Positions 11,012-21,510 of a stretch of 64,000 nt of DNA are shown here, piece by piece. Position 1 is the first letter of the stretch; each line of letters starts with the position of its first letter. Origin of the DNA: Amphiscolops sp. MND2022 (taxonomy: Eukaryota). Location: positions 12,276,001-12,340,000 of the forward strand of contig OZ076418.1 of NCBI GenBank assembly GCA_964187785.1, written 5' to 3'. Made by a program: the position numbers and the translations under genes. The notes below the pieces were generated by a model. That model was not told the origin of the DNA, searched no databases, and saw only the letters and a list, made by a program, of their open reading frames with translations.

Positions 11012-11809
11012 ATGCGATCAACCAGATCACAAGCTGTGCGTCCGAGTGGCGATGACGCCTTGCGTGAGCTCTTCACAGAGGTGGAGAAGGGGGCGGTAAG
11101 GAGCAAGCGCGTGTCAAGGGGGGCCGGACCATCGGAGATCGTCGTCGGCGAGCCCTGCGTGGTGTCCTCATCTGTGGTGACGCCCAGGGACGGGCCACTG
11201 GACTTGTCTCTGTCCCCAGATGAATACCAGCAGCGATATCCATGGAATGACCACCCAGTCACGGGAACCTGCAGCCGAAAGGAAGACTTCTCGTTTGGGA
11301 GCATCTGCTACGAGTGGGTACGGCCAGACGGGACAGACGATTTCTTCCGCTGCAGTTGGGAACGGGGGGCGCCAGTGAAGCCTTCAATGCTCCTCACAGT
11401 CGGCAAGAGCTGCAGGGGTTTTCACCAGGATCTGGATCCCCCATACGACCAGATCAACACGGTCGTGGGAGGGAAGAAACTGTGGCTCTTCACTCAACCA
11501 AGGAGCCGAGTGACCACACGAGTGATTCGAGGTGGCTGGGCTTCGACCGTGTGGGAAGTGCTCGGTTGTATGAAGGACCACAAGGAAAGCCATCTCATCA
11601 GCTATGGCGTGCAGTCTGCTGGTGAGAGTGTGTACGTTCCTTAGGGATGGGGTCATGCTGTCGTCACCGACACCGATGACAAGTGCTGCCTGCAGATCGT
11701 GGAGTTTGCTTGCCAGCAGTCGGAGTTGGATTTCCACTACGGTCGTCTGCGGGACCATGCCTCGGTGGGGGTTCGCAGAGGGGACGTGGTGAGTGCGACG
11801 TCATTATGA
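11012..11809 (+). CDS. JmjC-domain Fe(II)/2-oxoglutarate oxygenase (~265 codons, one in-frame TAG at 11642-11644), antisense within the BEL/Pao element
   Basis: GFHQD (HxD, H at 11423), QINTVVGGKKLWLF, QSAGESVYVP*GWGHAVVT (distal H at 11654). The frame continues past the TAG to TGA 11809. Confidence 0.8.
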
Positions 11810-11869
11810 CTAGGAGGTAAGATAAGTCATTTCATAACTTCATTGCATGTAAACTAATTGATATGTCAA

Positions 11870-12790
11870 TCAGTTATGTTGAGAATTAGGCAGAGGCAAT
11901 TTTCTGAGCTTTCTCACTGGTCGTGTGAACTTCCGGCCGTTCATAACAACTTCCACGACCCGAACAAGCCCATCATTTCCCTTGAAGGTGTTGGTAACCT
12001 TCGCCAATGGCCACTGTAAAGGTTTCTGATTTTCCTCGGCGACATACACAACATCACCAATTTCAAGATTGCGAGCTGGGTATTGCCATTTGGACCGTAT
12101 CTGATGCCTCAGCAGGTACTCCTTCATCCATCGTCTCCAAAAATGCTGCTTCAGGGAGCACACTTCGAAATTCTCAAGTGACATTGATTTTTCGGGTATG
12201 AAAGTTAGTGGGCCTCCTATGAGGAAGTGTCCGGGCGTCAGAATGTCACCATCACTAGGGTCGTCAACCAGGGCTGTCAGGGGCCTGGAATTCAAGAGCG
12301 CTTTGATCTGGATCAGCATGGTTGACAGTTGTTCGTATGTAAGAATGATGTTCCCCATCAACTTCCTCAGAATGGTTTTCGTACTTTTGATTCCTGCTTC
12401 CCAGAGACCTCCGAAGTTGGGTGCTCGGGGTGGAATGGTGACCCAATTGATTGCCTGGTTTTCAAGATATGCTGTGATATCACTGAGATTCGTCTTGTTG
12501 CTCCAGAACTCTTGTATTTCTAATAATTCATTTCTGGACCCCAGAAAGTTTGTGGCGTTGTCGCTGAAGATTGTCTTCGGGATTCCTCGTCGACCGATGA
12601 ATCGCTTCAAGGCAGCGATGCAGGCATCTGTGGTAAGCTCTGACACAAGCTCTATATGAATTGCTCTGGTAGCAAAGCAAATAAGCAATGCAACGTAGGC
12701 CTTGTCAGTTTTGTTTGGCCCGACTCGTATTGTGAGAGGTCCGGCAAAGTCTATCCCTGTATTGGTGAACGGTCTTGCTGGAGTGATCCG
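11870..12790 (-). CDS. BEL/Pao integrase core and C-terminal domain (frameshifted from the upstream pol segment)
   Basis: TGIDFAGP, ICFATRAIHIELV, SDNATNF, APNFGGLWEAGIKS, LTPGHFLIG and WPLAKV...DGLVRVV motifs. Confidence 0.95.
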   Translation of the reverse strand, partial: RITPARPFTNTGIDFAGPLTIRVGPNKTDKAYVALLICFATRAIHIELVSELTTDACIAALKRFIGRRGIPKTIFSDNATNFLGSRNELLEIQEFWSNKTNLSDITAYLENQAINWVTIPPRAPNFGGLWEAGIKSTKTILRKLMGNIILTYEQLSTMLIQIKALLNSRPLTALVDDPSDGDILTPGHFLIGGPLTFIPEKSMSLENFEVCSLKQHFWRRWMKEYLLRHQIRSKWQYPARNLEIGDVVYVAEENQKPLQWPLAKVTNTFKGNDGLVRVVEVVMNGRKFTRPVRKLRKLPLPNSQHN

Positions 12791-15093
12791 TTCCTCGGGT
12801 AAGTCTCTCCCATTTGCTGTTCAACAGCTTTACTGTTGAATCGGAAGCATTTGATGCAGTTTCGTATGTTATTCTTGACTTTCACTCGAGCGCGGAGAAT
12901 CCAAGATTTTTGCTGAAGATGGAACAAAAATTGTTGTTGACCCGAGTGCAGTGTTTCTTCATGCGCCTCGTGGATCAATAGCCTTGCCAGTGGAGTGTCG
13001 CCATCCAGGAGAATGGGGAATTTCTTGCTGTAAGGGTAGTTGGACTGAGATAACCTCCCCCCAACACGAAGAAGACCTGTGCTATCTTCAATGAAAGGAT
13101 TCAAACTCCGAATTTTGCTAACTCTAGTCAATTCCTGGTTTTTCTGCATCCTTTCTAGCTCGGATTGAAACGAATTAGCTTGTTCGCTTGTCAGGATCTC
13201 AATACGAGCTTGTTCGATATCGTCAATCGATCGGGGAGCACACTTAGAAAATTTTCCCTCTTTGAAAATTTCAATCGCCTTCCGAACAAGTGCAAATGTA
13301 CGAAAGAGTCGTTTCGATGAGGAGAATCTAGTAATCTGGATTACCTCTGAAGGGAGCGTAGAAGGCATCGAGAGCACTTGCTTGTTCTGCTTGACCTCCA
13401 AGTCGGTCTGTTTGGAGATTTGTTGCTGCTTGGGCCAATTTGTAGAGTCTTGAGACAGCCAAGTCGGACCGTTCCACCACAATCGGAAATCCTTGAGGCT
13501 CGGTATGTCCAACCCACGTGAGGCACAATCGGCTGGGTTGTCAGCAGTTCCAACGTGGTTCCATTGATTAGGCGGTAAGACTTCTTGAATTTGTGAAACT
13601 CTGTTGGCGACGAAGCAGTTCCATCGTCTCGGCAAACTTGAGATCCATGCTAATACTATTGTAGAATCTGTCCAAGCGACCCTGCTGTTGATGACGAATC
13701 CACCTCGTTCCAAGGCAATGCTGGTGGCCTTCATCAACTTGCTAGCTAGTAGAGCTGCACACAACTCCAGTCGAGGCAGACTAACTGATTTTACTGGAGC
13801 GACTCTTGTCTTTGCTGCGAGCAACTTTGTTTCAATGCTATCACTGGTTGTGATTCGGGCGTAGATGGCCGTGGCATAGGCACTCTCTGAAGCGTCTGCG
13901 AAGACATGTAGCTGGATTTCTTCCTTCCGGTGATAGGACACTTGTCGAGGAAATCGAATTCCGTGAAGATTCTTGAGTTCTTCGTGAGTAGCTTTCCAGA
14001 TCAAGTCAATATCTGGAGGAATGGGCTCGTCCCACTTCAAACCTCGTGTCCAGGTGCTCTGCATCAGAATCTTCAACTTGATTGTACAGGGTGATAGCCA
14101 GCTCATAGGATCAAAAACTTTAGCAATTTCGGAGAGTAAGATTCGCTTCGTTGAACCGTTTTTGTACATTCCTCGATATTGGAAATTTAATGTGTCGCTG
14201 CTGGGACACCACGCAACTCCGAGTGTTTTGATTGTGTAGTCATCCTTCTGAAGGTCTAGAACGGCCTTGGTTTCACGGAGAGCTTCAGGTAGGTCTTCCA
14301 CAACTTGGGGAGCACACGATGACCATTTTCGCAATGGAAGTCCGAATTCATTCAAATGCTTTAATAGTTTTTCTTGCAGTGTCTTGGCTTCCTCTACTGA
14401 TTCTGCACCAGTAAGAAGATCATCTACGTAGAAATCGTTCAAAATAGGTCCTTTAACATCTGGGTCAGTTGAGTGATGTCCAGCTTCTTGGAGTGCGCGT
14501 ATTGAGTGAAATGAAGATGAACTGATTCCATACGTCACGCGTTTCATTCTCAGATGAGATACGTCTGTTTGGGATTCAAATTTCCACAGGATCCGGTGGA
14601 AATCTTTCGCGGGAAAATCGAGCTTGATCTGTCTGTACATTTTCTCCACGTCTGCGGACAGAGTCACTGCGTGGACTTGGAAACGCAGGAGAATTCCAAA
14701 GATGTCGTCTTGTATCGTTGGACCAATCATTAGATTCTGGTTTAAGGAACGATTACTCGATGTTTTGGCTGAGCCATCAAATACGACACGCAGCTTTGTG
14801 GTCGTGCTGCTATCTTTCATCACGCAATGATGAGGAAGGTAGTTTGATCGATTGGGTTCTATTGGGATCTCATCAGAAGGGATCATTTTCATGTGATCCA
14901 TTTGGAGGAATTCCTCTATAAAGTCTAAATATTTCTTCTTGAGGTCAGGATTTCTCTCCAGCTTCTTCTCAAGCTGATTGAAGCGCTGTCTGGCTGTGGC
15001 TAGGCTCTCACCTAGGGGTTCTGTATCACGTTTGAAGGGCAAGGAAACCTCCGGTTTCATCTCTTGTCGTAGTTTCCTTGAAGTGATCTTCAC
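12751..15093 (-). CDS. BEL/Pao reverse transcriptase, RNase H and integrase Zn-binding region (780-codon open segment)
   Basis: YLPHH, LRVVFDGS, YVDDLLTG, LHVFADASESAYA, AKTRVAP, LPRLELCAA and H..H...C..C motifs. Confidence 0.95.
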   Translation of the reverse strand: MKITSRKLRQEMKPEVSLPFKRDTEPLGESLATARQRFNQLEKKLERNPDLKKKYLDFIEEFLQMDHMKMIPSDEIPIEPNRSNYLPHHCVMKDSSTTTKLRVVFDGSAKTSSNRSLNQNLMIGPTIQDDIFGILLRFQVHAVTLSADVEKMYRQIKLDFPAKDFHRILWKFESQTDVSHLRMKRVTYGISSSSFHSIRALQEAGHHSTDPDVKGPILNDFYVDDLLTGAESVEEAKTLQEKLLKHLNEFGLPLRKWSSCAPQVVEDLPEALRETKAVLDLQKDDYTIKTLGVAWCPSSDTLNFQYRGMYKNGSTKRILLSEIAKVFDPMSWLSPCTIKLKILMQSTWTRGLKWDEPIPPDIDLIWKATHEELKNLHGIRFPRQVSYHRKEEIQLHVFADASESAYATAIYARITTSDSIETKLLAAKTRVAPVKSVSLPRLELCAALLASKLMKATSIALERGGFVINSRVAWTDSTIVLAWISSLPRRWNCFVANRVSQIQEVLPPNQWNHVGTADNPADCASRGLDIPSLKDFRLWWNGPTWLSQDSTNWPKQQQISKQTDLEVKQNKQVLSMPSTLPSEVIQITRFSSSKRLFRTFALVRKAIEIFKEGKFSKCAPRSIDDIEQARIEILTSEQANSFQSELERMQKNQELTRVSKIRSLNPFIEDSTGLLRVGGRLSQSNYPYSKKFPILLDGDTPLARLLIHEAHEETLHSGQQQFLFHLQQKSWILRARVKVKNNIRNCIKCFRFNSKAVEQQMGETYPRNGSLQQDRSPIQG

Positions 15094-17081
15094 AATCGAT
15101 TTCTTCTTGACTATATTTCATAGCAGCAGGGAGTTCTTCCAGCTCCCAGAAGCGAGAGAGCTGGGCGTCTGTAGAAACGTGATGAGATCTCACTTGACTC
15201 GAAGGAATCTTCGTTTGACCTGTCACTACCCATCCGAAAACAGTGTCTTCCAGAAAAAAGTTTTCATTTTCCTGAATCTTCCCTCCAAGTGTGAACTTCT
15301 CTGTGACATCCGCTCCGGGGAGGACGTCAATTGACGACGGTTCATTGAATCGAGGATCGGCTAGTTTCAAATTTGCAAGATTCTTGAATTGCGATTGAGG
15401 CACTGGAGATGAGGGTAGGTTGTTTGTGATCTTCGTGAGGACGAAAGCCTTCACAATGACTATTCTCTGCTTGACGATAACTGGTATGTCGACAGTGGCT
15501 CGAGATTTGACCTGGTTTTCACTTCCAAGGCCGTTAATCTCCATGTAGTTGCGTTTCTTCGAAAGACCAAGTGTTTGAACACATGATTCAGTGATACAAC
15601 TGATTTCTGATCCTGAGTCGAAAAATGCTCGGCAATACACTGAAGTGTTTGCTCGGCTCTGAACTGGTATCATTGCTGTAGGCAGCAAGGTCTGCTTCGA
15701 GAAGGTATGAGAAGAATGGTTACTAACACTTGCCGAACCCCTTGTCTTTGAAGATCTAGATTCATGACCCCGTGGTCTTTGCTGATGAATGAGAGTGTGG
15801 TGTTTGCTGCCACACGTCCGACACTTGTACTGACTCGAACACTCGCTTGCTGTGTGTCCCTTTCTAAGGCAGTTGTAGTAAAAGCCCTTAGATTGCACCA
15901 TCTTGAGTTTGTCTTCTATGATGAGATCGTTGAAGGTTTGGCATGCTTGGATTCTATGATTCTCTCCGCAGCGAAAGCATAACTCTGCCACGCCAGAGTA
16001 CACGCCTGTCTTCGAGGAGTCGTTTTCTAGAGGCCTAGATCCACTGAAACGCCACTGGGAGGACGTCGTTTCGCTGGAATGCTTCGCGGATGCAGGAAGC
16101 ACACTATGAAATTTCTGTGATTTTGACACCTCACATGAACTTTCTAGTGCTCTACATCGTGTCTCAAGGAAGTCCTTGAACTGGTCATACGTTTGTAAAT
16201 CCGATCCAGTAGATGACAATTCCCACTCCTTACGAGTCTCAGGATCTAATTTTTCAGTGACCAAGTGTAGAAGTAGAAAATCACATTCCTTGACGTTGAC
16301 TCCTTGATTTTCCAGAGCTCTTCGATTTTGGTCCAGAATTTCTTGAACGTTTCTCAGTATTCGCACGTTCTCTTGATGACCCTTCGGAATAGACATCATG
16401 GCTTCAATGTGCGCTTTCACCAGTGCTCTCTTATTCTGAAATCTGTCATTGAGAATGTCTCGAGCGATTGCATAATTTGCGTCGGTAACGGTGATCGATG
16501 AAAGCAATCTCGCGGCGTTTCCTTTTAGAGCTGTTTTCAGATAGTGCAATTTCTGCGAATTGGACAAATTTGTGTTATTGTGTACGGAGGATTCAAAAAA
16601 TGTCACGAAATGAAGTCCATTCGAGATAGTTTCCGTCAAAGTTCGCTAACTGCATAGTGGGTAGTTTCAATTTCGCGCTAGACATCATCGGGTTGGCTGT
16701 GGAAGCTGCTTGCACTGAGGCATCCAATGAGGTTTCCTCGAGTCGTCTTCTCATTTGCTTGAGCAAATTTCGTACATCGATAGAATAGCCCGATGCAGCA
16801 TCAACCTCGTTCTCTAGATCCACGTCTTTCACCAGTTCTTCGATTTGCTCGTTCTTCGATTCAACGTCTTTGAGCTTGAGGGTTATTGCTTCCTCCAAAC
16901 GCTCAATCTCTTCTTTCTGTGAAGTAGTCAAGGCATGACCTGGAATACTGAGAAGGGCTTCCGAGGCTCTGGTGAGTCTTGTGATGACTCCTTTGTGCGC
17001 TGATCGCGACTTGTTGAGTCTAGTCAGCTGCTGTTCATCAGTGGTTGATGAACCAGTTTGTGCGCGTTCTGGGCTTGACAT
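15026..17081 (-). pseudogene. BEL/Pao gag plus aspartic protease (frameshift at ~16620)
   Basis: LPTMQLANFDGNYLEW (DUF1759-like gag motif), three Zn knuckles (CFRCGENH..C, NCLRKGH....C, CRTCGSKHHTLIH) and protease FFDSGSEIS. Confidence 0.9.
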
Positions 17082-17155
17082 ATTGAAAGGAATGTCACAG
17101 AGGACGAATTGATCTTCTTTTCCGGTTTCTGTATCCCTGGTGGTCGCGGCACCAA

Positions 17156-17478
17156 TGTAAATTGTGTATATTTCCCTTTGGAAATTCAATGTATATTTCC
17201 CTGTGGAAATTCTCTCTGAATTCAATCTGATTCAAACGAGATTTTCAACAAAGAGATTCAATTAATGCTAGAAGAACGGAACAATCAGAGTTAAAATGAG
17301 GGAACTAGCTAATCTGAATGGTTGAAAACAAAACCAATGAATTTTACCGCACAAAGGTGTGAACAAAAATCAAACATCACACGTGAAACAATATGATTAG
17401 TTGCATGAACAGCATGGCAACGTGTCAGATAAACATGTCTAGAATAAAATTGAACTAAAAGAAATTTTGGCGTTAACA
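17156..17478 (-). repeat. 5' LTR of BEL/Pao element 1
   Basis: Starts TGTTAACG and ends TTTACA on the minus strand. Followed by the PBS TGGTGCCGCGACCA (17154-17141; resembles the complement of a tRNA-His 3' end). Confidence 0.95.
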
Positions 17479-17755
17479 AACATCAAATGTCAAAATTTCA
17501 ACAGCTTCGTTCTCCACTTCTACTGGTCCGATTTAGTTCATTTAAAAAGCAGCGTACTCAGCTTTGAAAGACCTTTCCAACGAGGGGTCGTAGAGAGCTG
17601 TAGCTCACTTGGTGGCTGAGAAATGATTTTTCTCGCTTCTGATTGGCTGAGAGCGGGCGGAGCTGAACGAAAGCGCCAAAATGCAGAAAAAAGTGATTTT
17701 CTTCACGTACAGACCTTATAGCAGCCTAACTTAAACTTTTTCGAGCTCAGCTAAG

Positions 17756-18482
17756 TCGCTGATGAGCTCACGAGGCAGCAAGTTGTTCACTCGAAGGTGG
17801 TTCGGATTACTAGCCGTGCCACAAACCAGCCAACATCTCTGGTCCGGGTCTTCACCACCTCCAGAAGGACAGCTGAGCAAGCCATTGCAGAAGGCATCAA
17901 GCTGGGCTACTACCTACACAGATGCGAGGCACCAAGGGAGAAGCCTGTCGAGGTCAAATAGTGCTTCAAGTGCAACGGGTTCGGGCACCTTGCCAAAGAC
18001 TGCACCCAAGAGCAAGCCTGTGCGCGATGTGGACAACCTGGACACACTCGTGACAAATGCCAAGCAGAGTCCCCGATGTGCTCCAACTGCGGAGAACGAC
18101 ACAGCGCCAAGTACGGGGCTGCAAAACTCGCACCAAGCTGGTCAATGACGAGAGACAGGCCAAACAAGCTCAGATGGCACAGTCAAAACCCACAACTCGA
18201 GCAGAAGTTGAGCAGAAGATGTCTGAGGTCCATGCGAGATGTGGCAACATCGAATCCAAGTGGGAGGCAATGATCAACCAAGTGAACGCCTACCTGATTC
18301 TCGCCTTGCAGTACCTGAGGACTCACATTCCAGGTAGTAGCCTTCAGATGCCAGATTTCAAAACTCATCTTGAAACTCTTGCGCAGAAAATTTTTTGCAT
18401 GAACGTGTCCCTTGACAGATTTGTGCATCTCTCTCCTGAATTCAACGCTTCCTCTGTCTCAAAACTACTTCGGATAAACTGA
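17756..18482 (+). pseudogene. LINE ORF1 (gag-like, three Cys/His knuckles), disrupted
   Basis: CFKCNGFGHLAKDC, CARCGQPGHTRDKC and CSNCGERH. In-frame TAG just before the first knuckle and a frameshift after the third. Confidence 0.85.
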
Positions 18483-18547
18483 ACTTATTTATTTATACTC
18501 TCACTGTTGTCCTGTATATGTTTTACTATTTTGATACTCTCCTACAA

Positions 18548-18840
18548 CTTAGCACTGGGGAAACTTTTTGCGGTACCCGTGCTAAGTTCTCCTCTATTTA
18601 CTCTACTTTTGATTTTACTCTCAGCATTGGGGAAACTTTTTGCGGTACCCATGCTAAGGCTCCTTTCCTTCCGTTTACTACTACTACTCTCTTCTCACTT
18701 TTTCCTTACTACTCACTTAGTACTGGGGAAACTTTTTGCGGTACCCATGCTAAGGCTCCTTTCCTTCCGTCTACTATTACTCCTCTCTTCTCACTCTTTC
18801 CTTACTACTCACTTAGTACTGGGGAAAGCCATGCTAGATG
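18548..18840 (+). repeat. Four tandem hairpin-containing repeats (~70-95 bp period) between ORF1 and ORF2
   Basis: The core CTTAG(C/T)A(C/T)TGGGGAAACTTTTTGCGGTACCC(A/G)TGCTAAG occurs at 18548, 18620 and 18716, with a partial copy at 18812. Confidence 0.85.
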
Positions 18841-18867
18841 CGACCACTCCTTCCCTTTTTGTACAAA

Positions 18868-21510
18868 ATGACTAAAAACAAATGGACTATACTCCTACTT
18901 AACTGTCAGGGACTAAAAAATAAACTCGGTCTTGTCCAAATGTTAGCGGACGACATTGAAGCCGATGTAGTCTGTCTTAACGAAACTAACAATACTAACT
19001 TTAGACTGGTAAACTACAACTGTGCGGGAAAAACGAAACTTGATAAGAAAACGCTGGGTACAGGCACCATGACTTTTGTTAAAACCAACCATTGGTACAA
19101 AACACTCAGAGAAGAAAGTAAACCTAAGTCCGGGGAAATTGTAGAAGTCCAAACGCCAATGGCCGCCATCACTAACTTATACGGATACGGAAGGGGGGAC
19201 ATTAAACTAACTGATCTCGAAAGAAAAGAACCACATGTAATCATTGGAGACTTAGTATGTAATCTAACCATACTGACTCTATGGGAAAAGAACTGGAACT
19301 CTTACTAGAGCAAAACAACTACTCACTTTTGAATGACAGCCGACCGACTCACAGCAGAGGAGGAATACTTGACGTTTGCCTGACTAACCAAACCCTTGCA
19401 AAACAATTCTCCGACTTTGATGTTGGCCCAAACCTTGGTAGCGATCACAACAGTATTCTTGTATGCTTCACGACCGAAGATTTCAAGGTAAAATCGACTG
19501 CTGTCCGGAAAATAAACTGGCAGAAGTATCGAGAAATACAGCTACAAGAACTGAAAGACAATCAACTCTGGCCCCCCGTGCTGGGAAAGAGATGCATTGA
19601 ATGAAACTGCCAAACTCATCGAGAAGTTAATTGACAAATGCAAAACTCTCAGTAAAGAAACCACGTCATCCATCAAAACTTCTGCAGCTATGCGAGCTCT
19701 TCTTAGAGGAAAAAAACCGACTACGACGGAAAAAGACTCAGCTCAAAAGAGATAGAAAGACTGACTCAGACGAATATAAACGCCTGGCAAAAGAACTAAA
19801 CTTCACTCGCAAGAAAATATCTAAACTTCAAAAACAAGAAAATGAAAAGCAGGAGAACAGACTAATAGAGAAATACAACCCGGATGAGCCGACCTCTTTC
19901 TGGAAAATAGTTCGACAATTGAAAAACTCCGAAAAGAAATCAGAAATGGCTCAAGAGGTTCACTTCACTATCAACAGCAAAGTGGTACTAGCAAAAACCA
20001 ATAGCGAAAAAGCAAAATGCTTTGCCAATGTCCTAGGCACCACAATGGAAGCTATTCTTACCCAGGAATTGGACTCTCACCTATCCAAACCCGACATTGG
20101 GATGACGAACTAATCGTTGACTGTACTGAACTAGACTCAATACTCAAAACTAAAAAAAACTCAGCCCCATAAGAAGACAACATCACATACGAACAAATCA
20201 AACAAAGTACTGTCGAGCTTAGAACTACTATATGTGCACTTTTGACCTCCTGCCTCAACATCGGCCTAACTCCCGAAACCTGGAAACACTCAAAAATCGT
20301 CATGATTCCAAAAGCGAACAAGGACCGCAAAGAAGGAAAAAACTATCGACTTTTTAGTCTAACAAGCTGCCTGGCGAAACTACTAGAAACTGCTGCAAAA
20401 TCCCGACTCACGAAACACTGCGAGCGAAATCGCATCATAAGCGATAACCAGACTGCCTATAGGAAAAGCCGATGTACGACAGACAATCTCACCAAACTGA
20501 CTGAAACTATAGCGAAAGGACAGAAGACTAAAAGACATACGGCGACTATCTTCTTAGACGTTGAAAAAGCCTTTGACAGTGTACATCACGAGACCCTTAT
20601 ACAAAAACTGCATGACCTTGGACTAAATCCGAGACTCACCCACTGGATCACTGACTTTCTGAGAGGAAGGAAATGCACGATCGAAATAAACAAATGCCAA
20701 TCAGATGCCTTCTACCCCAGAGCAGGAGTCCCCCAAGGAAGTGTAATTGCTCCACAACTTTTCAACATATATGTGAATGGACCACCTGTCGCCAAATCCC
20801 AAATATCTCAATATGCGGATGACATAGCACTCTACTATCAAAGCAGCAACATCGGATTAGCAATCGAAAAACAGAGACAAGGACTAGAGACTCTGACCAA
20901 CTGGCTTGACAAGAATCACATTAAAATCAACCACTCCAAAAGCAACTTTCTACTCTTCACAAACAAGAAAAACTCGGAGGATCTAACGCTCACCATTCGA
21001 AGTCAATGTCTGAAACAACAGAAAAACGTCAAATTCCTCGGAGTGACCATCAACAACAAACTGCGCTGGAATGACCATGCCCAAAACATTGAGAAAAAAG
21101 TGAAAGCTAAACTGATTACACTCAATCAACTAAGAAACCTCTCAATCAGTCGCACCAATCTCTTAACGATGTACAAAACGTATATACGAAGCCACATCAC
21201 GTACGCAGTAACAGCCTGGATGAACTCTACCAAAGCCAACCAAGACAAACTTCAAAAACTTCAAAACAGTGCGATGAGAACATGCACCAAAGCAAGAAGA
21301 AACAAAAGCAACGCCAGCCTACATGCAGAATGCAAAATAAACACTGTTCGAGAGGAGCAAAGACGTCAAGCGAAAAAATATATCGAAAGATGCTATTCCA
21401 ACAACAACAAAGCAATGGTGCAGCTATACGAAAACAGACTTGACAGCTACACAAACCTGCTGAATCTTAGAACTCCACTTATGACTATTGACTCTACTGA
21501 CGAAGAATAA
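18868..21510 (+). pseudogene. LINE ORF2: apurinic-like endonuclease plus reverse transcriptase, with frameshifts and a stop
   Basis: LLNCQGL, VCLNET, IIGDL, GSDH (APE); IVMIPK, YRLFSLTSCLAKLLE, FLDVEKAFD, GVPQGS, QYADD, KFLGV (RT). Confidence 0.92.

Larger units (their letters stand above)
10616..17478 (-). mobile_element. Full-length BEL/Pao LTR retrotransposon (6.86 kb), mildly decayed, with JmjC cargo
   Basis: Two ~325-bp LTRs (TG...CA); 5-bp TSD AACAT (10611-10615 and 17479-17483); PBS TGGTGCCGCGACCA; PPT GGGGCGGAGTA; domain order gag-PR-RT-RH-INT. Confidence 0.97.

Noticed and set aside
10952-11809. env-like gene in the usual extra-ORF position of BEL elements
   Set aside because: It is antisense, has no signal peptide or transmembrane segment, and shows JmjC motifs instead.
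12007-16501. Numerous plus-strand ORFs overlapping BEL pol (and minus-strand ORFs over the LINE RTs)
   Set aside because: Antisense shadow frames of long coding regions with no motifs of their own.
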